29,057 bases of DNA. Source: a bacterium (GTDB lineage Bacteria > Patescibacteriota > Minisyncoccia > Minisyncoccales > CG1-02-41-26). Position numbers and translations under genes: made by a program. This document shows, in pieces, positions 1 through 8,855 of this stretch. How positions within the stretch are numbered: the first letter of the stretch is position 1; the number at the start of each line of letters is the position of its first letter. The stretch lies in assembly GCA_021163625.1 (NCBI GenBank), contig JAGGTS010000031.1, forward strand, positions 1-29,057, in the 5' to 3' direction. The notes beneath the pieces were generated by a model. That model was not told the DNA's origin, searched no databases, and saw only the letters and a program-made list of their open reading frames with translations.

Positions 1-40
1 AGGTTATGAGCCTGGCAAGATACTACTTCTCCACCCCGCG
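1..40 (-). tRNA. tRNA-Met(CAT), initiator type, 5' part only (cut by window edge)
   Basis: Reverse complement reads CGCGGGG-TG-GAGA-AGTAGTA-TCTT-G-CCAGG-CTCATAA-CCT; CGCGGGG 5' end and CTCATAA loop match bacterial tRNA-fMet. Confidence 0.85.
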
Positions 41-98
41 ATAAGATAATTCGATAAGATAATTTTACCCAAAATAAAAAAATTATCAATACCTACCC

Positions 99-385
99 TG
101 TGCTTACCCATGGCAAGTATAACCAAAAGCACAAAAATTCTAAATCCTAAATCCTAAATTCTAAACAAATTCTAAATTACAAATTACAAATCAAAATAGT
201 TTGTAAATGACGAAACCCGAATGACGAATGACGAAAAAATGACCAATGACTAATAATAAAGATATTTAGTCATTGGGAATTTGGTATTTTTTCGGGTTTC
301 GGATTTAGGAATTCGGGTTTTTCCCAGCGACTCCATCTCTGAAAAATAAGTTGCTCAGGATGTGTGCTTACCGATGGTAAGCACA
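99..385. repeat. Palindrome-bounded heptamer-repeat element, copy A (no ORF)
   Basis: Degenerate TGTGCTTACC-CAT-GGCAAGTATA at 99-121 and perfect TGTGCTTACC-GAT-GGTAAGCACA at 363-385; CTAAATY and ATGACSA heptamers; inverted homology to 21785-21931 and 28900-29057. Confidence 0.9.
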
Positions 386-397
386 AGCAAATATTAG

Positions 398-468
398 TCG
401 GGCTGCCGAGATTTGAACTCGGGCTAAATCCACCCCATGGACTCGTGCTACCGTTACACTACAGCCCG
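398..468 (-). tRNA. tRNA-Pro(GGG), CCA not encoded
   Basis: Minus strand CGGGCTG...AGTCC-ATGGGGT-GGATT...CCGAG-TTCAAAT-CTCGG-CAGCCCG-A; C1:G72 and A73 as in bacterial tRNA-Pro. Confidence 0.95.
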
Positions 469-538
469 AAAATCTTAATTTTGATATGGAATTGCGCCTG
501 ATGCTTATATGCCGGCTGTAGTAAGCAGTGAACTAATT

Positions 539-769
539 TTATTTGTTGGTAGTCTTTTTATGGAGAGTTTTAATGCATTGAGTGCAAGCTAAAACTCTTT
601 TGCCTGCGAATGGCTTGAATTTTTTTAGTTTGACATCTTCTGGAATTCTAACCCATTGAAGATTTGGATATTTCCTTTTTTTTGTGGTAGGATTATATTT
701 GCCTCTGAGTTTTTTTCTCGTATAGGACATTATAGAACCCTTTCCGCAAATTGCGCATACTTTAGCCAT
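539..769 (-). CDS. rpmB: 50S ribosomal protein L28
   Basis: MAKVCAICGKG...KRKYPNLQW...CTQCIK pattern of bL28. Confidence 0.88.
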   Translation of the reverse strand: MAKVCAICGKGSIMSYTRKKLRGKYNPTTKKRKYPNLQWVRIPEDVKLKKFKPFAGKRVLACTQCIKTLHKKTTNK

Positions 770-821
770 AAATTTTGAAAAGTTATAACAAACTGTTATG
801 CTTTATAATGTAATATAATGT

Positions 822-850
822 AATATAAAACAAATTGAAACAGATTTCAA
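822..850 (-). promoter_or_regulatory. Putative sigma70 promoter for rpmB/tRNAs
   Basis: Minus strand TTGAAA-N17-TATATT upstream of rpmB. Confidence 0.5.
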
Positions 851-914
851 CCCGTTTCATTTTCAGCCATATTTTATTTGCCAGAGAATCTAATTTTTTG
901 CAATCATCAAAACT

Positions 915-1556
915 ATGCTCGAATTTATTATTGTAATTATCATTCTTCTTTTTTCAATTATAATCCATGAAATCGCCCATGGCGCTGCAGCAAACTTTTT
1001 AGGCGACCCGACCGCAAGGGACGCGGGCAGGCTTACTTTAAACCCAATGAAGCATTTAGACCCAATAGGTTCTATCATTGTTCCATTAACAATGATATTC
1101 ATTTCAATGGCAAGCAATCTGCCTGCTGTTATCATCGGTTGGGCAAAGCCGGTGCCAATAAATCCATTGAATTTTAGAGACAAAAAATATGGCCAAGCCA
1201 AAGTTGCCTTGGCAGGACCGGGGGCGAATCTTGCCATTGCTGTTGTTTTTGGGATTATTATAAGGTTTTTTCCCGCAACAAATTCTTTGTTTCTCCAGAA
1301 CCTTGAATTAATTTTTGGCTATATCGTTTGGCTTAATTTGCTTTTGGCAATATTTAATTTAATCCCAATTCCTCCACTGGATGGTTCACACATTCTTTTT
1401 ACTTTTTTGCCAAGAGCTTTTGACGGTTTTAAGGTGTTTTTATATCGCTATGGGTTTATTATCCTAATTCTTTTCATTTTTCTGTTTTTTAACCTTCTTA
1501 TTCCGATAATAAGTTTCTTTTACAAACTAATAGTTGGCATTCCATTTATTTATTAA
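915..1556 (+). CDS. Site-2 protease family (M50) membrane metalloprotease
   Basis: HEIAH zinc motif, AGPGAN, NLIPIPPLDG motif, multiple hydrophobic segments. Confidence 0.93.
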   Translation: MLEFIIVIIILLFSIIIHEIAHGAAANFLGDPTARDAGRLTLNPMKHLDPIGSIIVPLTMIFISMASNLPAVIIGWAKPVPINPLNFRDKKYGQAKVALAGPGANLAIAVVFGIIIRFFPATNSLFLQNLELIFGYIVWLNLLLAIFNLIPIPPLDGSHILFTFLPRAFDGFKVFLYRYGFIILILFIFLFFNLLIPIISFFYKLIVGIPFIY

Positions 1557-1559
1557 ATG

Positions 1560-1587
1560 TTGACTAATATTTTTTTTATGCTAATAT
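1560..1587 (+). promoter_or_regulatory. Putative sigma70 promoter of str operon
   Basis: TTGACT-N16-TAATAT with TGn extended -10, 47 nt before rpsL ATG. Confidence 0.6.
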
Positions 1588-1634
1588 TCTAAATTGAAGC
1601 AGAAAGTGCTTTAAATTTTTAATTATTTTTTAAT

Positions 1635-2048
1635 ATGCCAACATTACATCAGCTTATAAAAAAGCCAAGAAGAAAAGTTAAAAAAGCGTCAGAGATGAAG
1701 GCTTTGTCTTTTGGATTTAACGCCTTGAAAAATAAGCCTGTTTCTTATCCCTCTCCGTTTAAGAGGGGAATTTGCGTTAAAGTTTTTACGACTACGCCAA
1801 AAAAGCCTAATTCTGCTTTGCGCAAAGTGGCCCGTGTTCGCCTTTCAAATGGGAAAGAAATAACTGCTTATATCCCTGGTGAAGGGCACAATCTTCAGGA
1901 ACACTCAATGGTTCTTGTCAGAGGCGGAAAAGTGAAAGATTTAGCCGGTGTCCGTTATCATATTGTTAGAGGCGCTCTTGACGCGGGAGGAGTTGAGAAT
2001 AGAAAGAGAAAGAGATCAAAGTATGGCACTAAAAAAGAAAAGAAATAG
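1635..2048 (+). CDS. rpsL: 30S ribosomal protein S12
   Basis: [32 protein letters not shown]. Confidence 0.99.
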   Translation: MPTLHQLIKKPRRKVKKASEMKALSFGFNALKNKPVSYPSPFKRGICVKVFTTTPKKPNSALRKVARVRLSNGKEITAYIPGEGHNLQEHSMVLVRGGKVKDLAGVRYHIVRGALDAGGVENRKRKRSKYGTKKEKK

Positions 2049-2091
2049 AGGCTTTTAAGATTTAGGGAATAAATTTTAGATTAGTTAAAAT

Positions 2092-2556
2092 ATGCCAAAG
2101 AAATACAAGAAACAAGATATTTTGCCAGACCCTGTTTACAATAATTTGATTGTCGCAAGTTTTATTAACCATTTAATGAAGAATGGCAAAAAGTCTGTTG
2201 CAAGGAAAATTCTTTATGGCGCGTTTGAGATAATCAAGTCTAAAACAAAAGAGGACCCTATGGAAGTTTTTGATAAAGCGATAGAAGCGGTTTCACCGTC
2301 GGTTGAAGTGAGGCCTCAACGCGTTGGCGGAGCAACATATCAGGTGCCAAGGGAGGTGAACAGCAAAAGAAGGCTTAGTTTGGCTATGAGATGGATAATT
2401 AATGCGGCAAGGGCGAAAAAAGGAAAGCCAATGCAGGAAAAGTTAGCCCAAGAGCTGATTCTGGCTTCAAAAAACGAAGGCGATGCCATAAAGAAAAAAA
2501 TTAATGTTCATAAAATGGCAGAGGCCAACAAAGCTTTTGCTCATTTAGCCCATTGA
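2092..2556 (+). CDS. rpsG: 30S ribosomal protein S7
   Basis: [20 protein letters not shown]; position after rpsL. Confidence 0.99.
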   Translation: MPKKYKKQDILPDPVYNNLIVASFINHLMKNGKKSVARKILYGAFEIIKSKTKEDPMEVFDKAIEAVSPSVEVRPQRVGGATYQVPREVNSKRRLSLAMRWIINAARAKKGKPMQEKLAQELILASKNEGDAIKKKINVHKMAEANKAFAHLAH

Positions 2557-2608
2557 TTTGTTTGTTATTTGGCATTAACATTTTTATATTTATTAACACA
2601 ACTTTGAT

Positions 2609-4717
2609 ATGCCAAGAGATTATCCAATAGAAAAAACGAGGAACATAGGCATTATTGCCCATATTGACGCTGGAAAAACCACTGTAACCGAGAGGGTTCT
2701 TTTTTATACTGGAATTAGCCATAAAATTGGGGAAGTCCATAACGGACAGGCGATTATGGATTGGATGGCCCAGGAGAAAGAAAGAGGAATAACAATTACT
2801 TCAGCTTCAACAACCTGCCGTTGGACTCCGCTTGGCGAAGATAGCAGAGAAAAAGAAAATCAGTATTGGATAAATATTATTGATACGCCGGGCCATATTG
2901 ATTTTACAGCAGAGGTTCAACGGTCTTTAAGGGTTTTAGATAGCGCTATAGTTGTTTTTGACGGCGTGGCTGGCGTTGAAGCTCAATCAGAAACTGTCTG
3001 GCGCCAGGCAGACGCTTACAATGTTCCAAGAATTTGCTTTATTAATAAATTAGACAGGATGGGGGCAAGTTTTGAGAAAAGCGTTGAAAGCATATATGAA
3101 AAGCTTACAAAAAATGCTGTTCCTATCCAGATTCCAATAGGAATAGAAGATAAATTAGAGGGAGTAATTGACCTTATTTCAGAAAAAGCCCTTTATTTTG
3201 AAGGCGATTTTGGCCAAAATGTTGTCGTAAAAGAAATTCCGGACGAGCTTAAAGAAAAAGCAAACAAAGCGCGGCAGGAAATGCTTGAGAAAATAGCTGC
3301 CGAAGACCAAACTTTGCTTGAGAAATTTTTGGATGGAAAGGAAATATCAAAAGAAGAAATAATAAAAGTATTGCGGGAAGCGGTTTTAAATTATAAAATT
3401 GTTCCAATTCTCTGCGGCAGCGCCCTGAAAGATAAAGGAATACAGCCTATTCTTGACGCTGTCTGCCTCTATTTGCCAAGCCCTGTTGATCTTCCTCCTG
3501 TTAGGGGGATAGACCCTAAAACAGGCCAAGAAATTACGAGGAAAGCAAGCGATTCAGAGCCTTTTTCCGCTCTTGTTTTTAAGATTGCTTCAGACCCTTA
3601 TGTTGGAAGTTTGAGTTATTTTAGAGTTTATTCTGGCTCTTTAAAGAAAGGTTCTTATGTTTTGAATTCTGTCTCCGGAGTAAAAGAAAGGATTGGAAGG
3701 ATTTTGAGAATGCATGCAAATTCGAGAAAAGAGCTTGATGAGGTTTTTGCCGGAGATATTGTTGCGACTGTTGGATTAAAGAAAACAAGCACTGGCCACA
3801 CTTTTTGCGACCAGTCCCACCCGATTATTCTTGAACAGCTTGTTTTCCCTGAACCGGTTATATCTATAAGGATTGAACCGAAAACAAAGGCAGACCAGGA
3901 AAAACTTGGCTTGGCTCTAAAAAAATTAGCTGAAGAAGACCCGACATTTAGAGTGAAGGAAGATTTAGAAACAGGAGAAACTATTATTTCCGGGATGGGG
4001 GAACTGCATTTAGATGTTTTGTGCGACAGGATGAAGAGGGAATTTAATGTTGAAGCAAATGTTGGCAGACCGCAAGTTGCCTACAAAGAAACGATTTTAG
4101 GAAAGGCAAAGGCAGAAGGGAAATACATCCGGCAGTCTGGCGGCAGGGGGCAATACGGCCATGTTTGGTTGGAAATTGAACCATTGGAAAGAGGCAAGGG
4201 TTTCAAATTTATTAACCAAATAAAAGGCGGAATAATCCCGCAAGAATTCATCCCTTCCATTGAAAAGGGCGTGAAGGAAGCCATGGAGAAGGGCGTGCTT
4301 GCCGGATATCCAATGGTTGATATGCAGGTTGTTTTGTACGATGGCTCTTTCCACGAGGTAGACTCTTCGGAAATTGCGTTTAAAATTGCAAGTTCTGAAG
4401 CGCTTCAACGGGCTTCCAAAGAAGCAGGCCTTGTTTTGCTTGAACCAATTATGAAGGTTGAAGCAGTTGTCCCAAATGATTTTTTTGGCGATGTCATAGG
4501 CGATTTAAACAGAAGACGCGGTGTAATTGAAGAGACGAAAGACAGGTTGGGGCTTAAGGTTATAGAAAGCAAGGTTCCATTGGCTGAAATGTTTGGTTAT
4601 GCGACAGGGTTGAGGTCGTTGACGCAGGGGAGAGGAACTTTCACAATGGAATTTGACCACTATGAAAAAGTTCCCCAAAACATTGCGCAGGAAATTATTG
4701 AGGGCAAAAGAAAATAG
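2609..4717 (+). CDS. fusA: Elongation factor G
   Basis: [30 protein letters not shown]. Confidence 0.99.
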   Translation: MPRDYPIEKTRNIGIIAHIDAGKTTVTERVLFYTGISHKIGEVHNGQAIMDWMAQEKERGITITSASTTCRWTPLGEDSREKENQYWINIIDTPGHIDFTAEVQRSLRVLDSAIVVFDGVAGVEAQSETVWRQADAYNVPRICFINKLDRMGASFEKSVESIYEKLTKNAVPIQIPIGIEDKLEGVIDLISEKALYFEGDFGQNVVVKEIPDELKEKANKARQEMLEKIAAEDQTLLEKFLDGKEISKEEIIKVLREAVLNYKIVPILCGSALKDKGIQPILDAVCLYLPSPVDLPPVRGIDPKTGQEITRKASDSEPFSALVFKIASDPYVGSLSYFRVYSGSLKKGSYVLNSVSGVKERIGRILRMHANSRKELDEVFAGDIVATVGLKKTSTGHTFCDQSHPIILEQLVFPEPVISIRIEPKTKADQEKLGLALKKLAEEDPTFRVKEDLETGETIISGMGELHLDVLCDRMKREFNVEANVGRPQVAYKETILGKAKAEGKYIRQSGGRGQYGHVWLEIEPLERGKGFKFINQIKGGIIPQEFIPSIEKGVKEAMEKGVLAGYPMVDMQVVLYDGSFHEVDSSEIAFKIASSEALQRASKEAGLVLLEPIMKVEAVVPNDFFGDVIGDLNRRRGVIEETKDRLGLKVIESKVPLAEMFGYATGLRSLTQGRGTFTMEFDHYEKVPQNIAQEIIEGKRK

Positions 4718-4744
4718 GATTATCATTAAGTTAAATTTACTATT

Positions 4745-5065
4745 ATGGATATTGAAGATATAAAACAATTCATACCAAGAAAAGGAGAAAGGATTATTTT
4801 AATGGAGAAAGGTAAACCAATTTTTGTTTTAATTTCTTTTGATGATTATAAGGAATTGAATAAAGCTGTTGGCCAGGAAAATCAAGCAAAACTTTTGTCT
4901 GGACACTCAAATTTCCAAGAGAGTGGCAGTCGTTTTGAGGAAGGAGCTGAAGAAAACGGGCAGAAAGAAGAAATAGAATTTCAAATGCCTGAATCAGCGG
5001 AAAGCTTTGGCTTTGAAGAGACAAAAGCAGAGGATGAATTAACATTAGACGACTTGCCCTTTTAA
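4745..5065 (+). CDS. Hypothetical protein: Phd/YefM-like N-terminus, acidic linker, C-terminal DDLPF
   Basis: RIILMEKGKPIFVLISFDDYKEL resembles the Phd/YefM pattern; ORF fills the fusA-tuf gap on the coding strand. Confidence 0.7.
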   Translation: MDIEDIKQFIPRKGERIILMEKGKPIFVLISFDDYKELNKAVGQENQAKLLSGHSNFQESGSRFEEGAEENGQKEEIEFQMPESAESFGFEETKAEDELTLDDLPF

Positions 5066-5069
5066 GGTG

Positions 5070-5098
5070 TTGACTTTTCTTTTTATATCTTTTAATAT
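5070..5098 (+). promoter_or_regulatory. Putative sigma70 promoter for tuf
   Basis: TTGACT-N17-TAATAT right after the 4745-5065 stop; same hexamers as the rpsL promoter. Confidence 0.6.
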
Positions 5099-5212
5099 TA
5101 TTGTATAATTACAAAATTAAATTAAACGAATTTACGAGCTAATCTTGCCTACGATTGTTAATCTAAAGATTGTAGGCTTGTGTTAAGCTGGTATATTTGT
5201 ACATTTAGCATT

Positions 5213-6412
5213 ATGGCTGAAAAATCAAAATTTGAGAGGACAAAGCCTCATTTAAATATTGGAACCATCGGTCATGTAGACCATGGCAAGACAACTTTAA
5301 CAGCTGCCATTTTAAAATACTCAAAAATGAAGGGATTTTTGAGTTCAGAAAAAACGGTTGAAGAAATTGATTCCGCGCCGGAAGAAAAGGCTCGCGGTTT
5401 GACCATAAACATTTCCCACAGCGAGTTTGAAACGGAAAAAAGGCATTATGCTCTTATAGATTGCCCAGGCCATGCAGATTATATAAAGAATATGATAACA
5501 GGGGCCGCCCAAATGGACGGAGCAATTTTAGTTGTTTCTGCCAGCGATGGACCTATGCCCCAAACAAGGGAACATGTGTTGCTCGCAAGGCAAGTTGGCT
5601 TGCCGTCAATAGTAGTTTTCTTAAATAAAGTTGACCAAGTTGACGATCCTGAAATGATAGAGCTCGTTGAGTCGGAGATAAGAGAGCTTTTGAAAAAATA
5701 CGAATTCCCGGGTGACGATGTCCCTATAATCAAAGGTTCTGCCTTAAAAGCTCTTGACGCGAAATCTCCAGACGATGAGGCAATGAAGCCTATTGCCCAG
5801 CTTATAGAAAAAGTAGATGAATACATCCCGGAACCGTCAAGAGATTTAGATAAGCCATTTTTAATGGCCGTTGAAGACGTTTTTTCAATCGCAGGCAGGG
5901 GCACCGTAGCTACAGGAAGAATAGAAAGGGGAATAATCAAGCCGGGAGATGAAGTGGAAATTGTTGGAATTCGTCCTACTCAAAAAACAGTTGCTATTAG
6001 CGTTGAGATGTTTAATAAAACATTAGATGAGGGCAGGGCAGGAGACAATGTTGGAATTTTACTTAGAGGTTTCAAAAAAGAAGATATAGAAAGAGGTCAG
6101 GTTATAGCAAAAGTTGGCAGTATTACTCCGCATTCAGAATTTGAAGCAGAAGTTTACATTTTAACAAAAGAAGAAGGAGGAAGACATACGCCGTTTTTTG
6201 CCGGCTATAAACCGCAGTTTTATATCAGAACTTGCGATATAACTGGCGATGTAACCTTGCCCGAGGGAACTGAAATGGTTATGCCCGGAGACACTGTAAC
6301 CCTTAAAATTAAGCTTATTAGTTCAGTTGCTTTAGAGGAAAAACAAAGGTTTGCTATTAGAGAGGGAGGAAAAACAGTTGGGGCAGGATTAGTGACAAAA
6401 ATAATAAAGTAA
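5213..6412 (+). CDS. tuf: Elongation factor Tu (start moved to ATG 5213)
   Basis: [40 protein letters not shown]. Confidence 0.99.
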   Translation: MAEKSKFERTKPHLNIGTIGHVDHGKTTLTAAILKYSKMKGFLSSEKTVEEIDSAPEEKARGLTINISHSEFETEKRHYALIDCPGHADYIKNMITGAAQMDGAILVVSASDGPMPQTREHVLLARQVGLPSIVVFLNKVDQVDDPEMIELVESEIRELLKKYEFPGDDVPIIKGSALKALDAKSPDDEAMKPIAQLIEKVDEYIPEPSRDLDKPFLMAVEDVFSIAGRGTVATGRIERGIIKPGDEVEIVGIRPTQKTVAISVEMFNKTLDEGRAGDNVGILLRGFKKEDIERGQVIAKVGSITPHSEFEAEVYILTKEEGGRHTPFFAGYKPQFYIRTCDITGDVTLPEGTEMVMPGDTVTLKIKLISSVALEEKQRFAIREGGKTVGAGLVTKIIK

Positions 6413-6434
6413 AATAAATTTAATAAGGAAGAGA

Positions 6435-6788
6435 ATGGAGCCTAATAAAGAAAAAACAAAACAGGAGGCGGAGGTTAAAGCAATACCGAAAGTAAGAATT
6501 AAAATTCGTTCTTATGATAGTAAAGTCCTTGATAACAGCTGTCGCCAGATTGTTGAAATTGCCGGCAGAACAGGCGTTGATTTAATCGGTCCGATTCCTT
6601 TGCCTACAGAAATTCACCGTTACACTGTTAATCGTTCGACTTTTGTCCATAAAGATGCAAGAGAGCAGTTTGAAATGCGGATACATAAGCGCTTGATTGA
6701 AGTTAAAAAGTTGAATCCTGTTTTTATAGAAACATTGCGGGATTTAACATTACCCGCTGGCGTTGAGATTGAAATCAAGACTGTTTAG
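6435..6788 (+). CDS. rpsJ: 30S ribosomal protein S10
   Basis: RIKIRSYD, GPIPLPT, REQFEMRIHKRLI. Confidence 0.98.
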   Translation: MEPNKEKTKQEAEVKAIPKVRIKIRSYDSKVLDNSCRQIVEIAGRTGVDLIGPIPLPTEIHRYTVNRSTFVHKDAREQFEMRIHKRLIEVKKLNPVFIETLRDLTLPAGVEIEIKTV

Positions 6789-6924
6789 GTAATCGTTTCA
6801 GAATAGCTGCAATTGGCATTGTTATAATTTTATTTTTATGGCAATTAACTTTTATTTTTTAAATAGAATTAAAATATTGGAATTCAAATTTAAAAAGTAA
6901 AGCCAAATTTGAATAGCCAAGGGG

Positions 6925-6946
6925 AAACCGGGCTATGCCCGGTTTT
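6925..6946 (+). terminator. Hairpin in rpsJ-rplC spacer (terminator/attenuator-like)
   Basis: AAACCGGGC-TAT-GCCCGGTTT-T, perfect 9-bp stem, only a short T run. Confidence 0.4.
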
Positions 6947-6985
6947 AAATTATAATTTACCAATTAGTAAAGGAATAGAAGAATT

Positions 6986-7579
6986 ATGAGTTTTATTTTA
7001 GGAAAAAAGATAGAAATGTCCCAAATTTTTGACGATAACGGAAATGTAGTGCCGATAACTTTAATTGAGGCAGGGCCTTGTATTGTTTTGCAAATCAAGA
7101 GCAAAGAGAAAGACGGTTATGATGCTATCCAGATTGGCTTTGAAAAAATGGATAATTCAAAATTAAAAAAAACAATGAAAGGCAAGCCATTCCGTTATAT
7201 TAGAGAGTTTAGGGGTGATATTAAAAAATATAAGACAGGGCAAAAGATTGATGTTTCTGTTTTTAAGGAGTCAGATAAAGTTAAAATTTCAGGCATTTCA
7301 AAAGGAAAAGGTTTTCAGGGTGTAGTAAAAAGATGGGGTTTCGCTGGAAAAAATGCCACTCATGGCGTTAAACACGAACACAGGACAATGGGATCGGCTG
7401 GGGCCACAGGACCCGCAAGAGTTTTTAAGGGCAAGAAGATGCCCGGCAGAATGGGTTCGGAAAGAGTGACAATAAGGAATTTAGAAATTGTAAAGGTTGA
7501 CAAAGACAATAATTTATTGGCAGTAAAAGGAGCAGTGCCAGGGAGAAGAAAGTCGTTGCTGGAAATTTCTAGTTTATAA
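6986..7579 (+). CDS. rplC: 50S ribosomal protein L3
   Basis: SKGKGFQGVVKRWGF, GKKMPGRMG. Confidence 0.98.
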   Translation: MSFILGKKIEMSQIFDDNGNVVPITLIEAGPCIVLQIKSKEKDGYDAIQIGFEKMDNSKLKKTMKGKPFRYIREFRGDIKKYKTGQKIDVSVFKESDKVKISGISKGKGFQGVVKRWGFAGKNATHGVKHEHRTMGSAGATGPARVFKGKKMPGRMGSERVTIRNLEIVKVDKDNNLLAVKGAVPGRRKSLLEISSL

Positions 7580-7613
7580 AGCATAATTGAATTTTGCAAA
7601 AAAGGAGATAAAT

Positions 7614-8276
7614 ATGAAAGCAAAGGTTTACAATCAAAATGGAAAGGAAGTAGAAGAGATAGATTTGCCAAAACAGATTTTTGGGGTCAAAATGAACCAG
7701 GATTTAGTGCATCAGGTTTTGGTTTCCCAGATGGCAAATAAAAGGCAGCCTATTGCCCACACTAAAGACAGGTCAGAAGTTAGCGGCGGAGGGAAAAAAC
7801 CATGGAGGCAGAAAGGAACAGGCAGGGCAAGGCATGGCTCGATTCGTTCTCCGATATGGAAGGGGGGAGGAGTGGCGTTTGGCCCGACAAAAGAACGTAA
7901 TTTTAAGAAAATAATTCCAAAGAAAATGAACAAGAAAGCGATTGCGATGGCTTTATCTGAAAAGGCGAAAGATGGTTTATTAATTTTGGTGGACAAGGTG
8001 GAGCTTAAAAATTTTAAAACAAACGAGGTTGCTAAATTAGTGAGCACCCAAGCAGAAAAGATAGTGAAAGAAAAGATAAAGCCAAAAGAAAATAAGAATA
8101 AATTTTTGATTGTCGTCCCGAAATATGATAAAAACTTTTACAGAGCCTCAAGGAATATTCCTTACATTGGCATGGTTGAAGCGGTAAAATTAAGTTTACT
8201 TGATATAGTTTCTTATAAATATTTATTTTTTTTGAAGGATTCATTAAATGTGATAAAAGAAAGGCTTTTAAAGTGA
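7614..8276 (+). CDS. rplD: 50S ribosomal protein L4 (start at ATG 7614 after AAGGAG)
   Basis: TKDRSEVSGGGKKPWRQKGTGRARHGSIRSP. Confidence 0.98.
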   Translation: MKAKVYNQNGKEVEEIDLPKQIFGVKMNQDLVHQVLVSQMANKRQPIAHTKDRSEVSGGGKKPWRQKGTGRARHGSIRSPIWKGGGVAFGPTKERNFKKIIPKKMNKKAIAMALSEKAKDGLLILVDKVELKNFKTNEVAKLVSTQAEKIVKEKIKPKENKNKFLIVVPKYDKNFYRASRNIPYIGMVEAVKLSLLDIVSYKYLFFLKDSLNVIKERLLK

Positions 8277-8288
8277 TAATAAGGGATT

Positions 8289-8807
8289 ATGAAAATTAGT
8301 TTTTTTAAAAAAAAGGATACAAAGGATAAAAAGGATAAAGAGGTAAAGGAAAAAGAAAAAGAAAAAGAAAAAGATAAGGAAAAAATTGGCAAGCCAGAGA
8401 AAAAAGAGACAAAAAAAGAGGTAAAATCTGCCAGAAAGGCTTCGGAAAAAGAAAAGGACGCGGAAGAATTAACAAAAGAAGTTGAAACTGGAAATGAAGC
8501 GCCAAAAAGGATGAAGAAAACAGTTATCTTGGCGCCATTAGTTTTGAAGTCTCCCCATATAAGCGAGAAAGCTGTTTCCCTTAGCCAAATTGGCCAGTAT
8601 GTTTTTAAAGTTTTGCCCGGCGCCAACAAGCAAAAAATAAAGAGAGCAATAGAGGAGATATATAAAGTTGATGTTTTGTCGGTAAGGATAGTTAAAATTC
8701 CAAGAAAGAAAAGACGCCTCGGCAGGACAACCGGTTGGAAAAGAGGTTATAAAAAGGCAATTGTGAGAATTAAAGAAGGACAGGAGATAGAGATATTGCC
8801 AAGATAA
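8289..8807 (+). CDS. rplW: 50S ribosomal protein L23 with long K/E-rich N-terminal extension
   Basis: Core SPHISEKA...YVFKV...KKAIVRIKEG in the C-terminal ~90 aa; position between rplD and rplB. Confidence 0.95.
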   Translation: MKISFFKKKDTKDKKDKEVKEKEKEKEKDKEKIGKPEKKETKKEVKSARKASEKEKDAEELTKEVETGNEAPKRMKKTVILAPLVLKSPHISEKAVSLSQIGQYVFKVLPGANKQKIKRAIEEIYKVDVLSVRIVKIPRKKRRLGRTTGWKRGYKKAIVRIKEGQEIEILPR

Positions 8808-8855
8808 TTATTTATTTAAAATGCAAATTAAGCGGTTCACTTTTTAAATGAAGAT

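Noticed and set aside
99-385. CRISPR array
   Set aside because: Palindromes are dispersed, not regularly spaced with unique spacers; no cas genes.
804-850. 10-bp tandem TATAATGTAA and palindrome TTGAAA-CAGA-TTTCAA as a distinct element
   Set aside because: Explained by divergent promoter hexamers in AT-rich DNA; single occurrence.
4745-5212. Complete type II toxin-antitoxin module
   Set aside because: No toxin ORF next to the Phd-like gene; the downstream gap is a promoter region.
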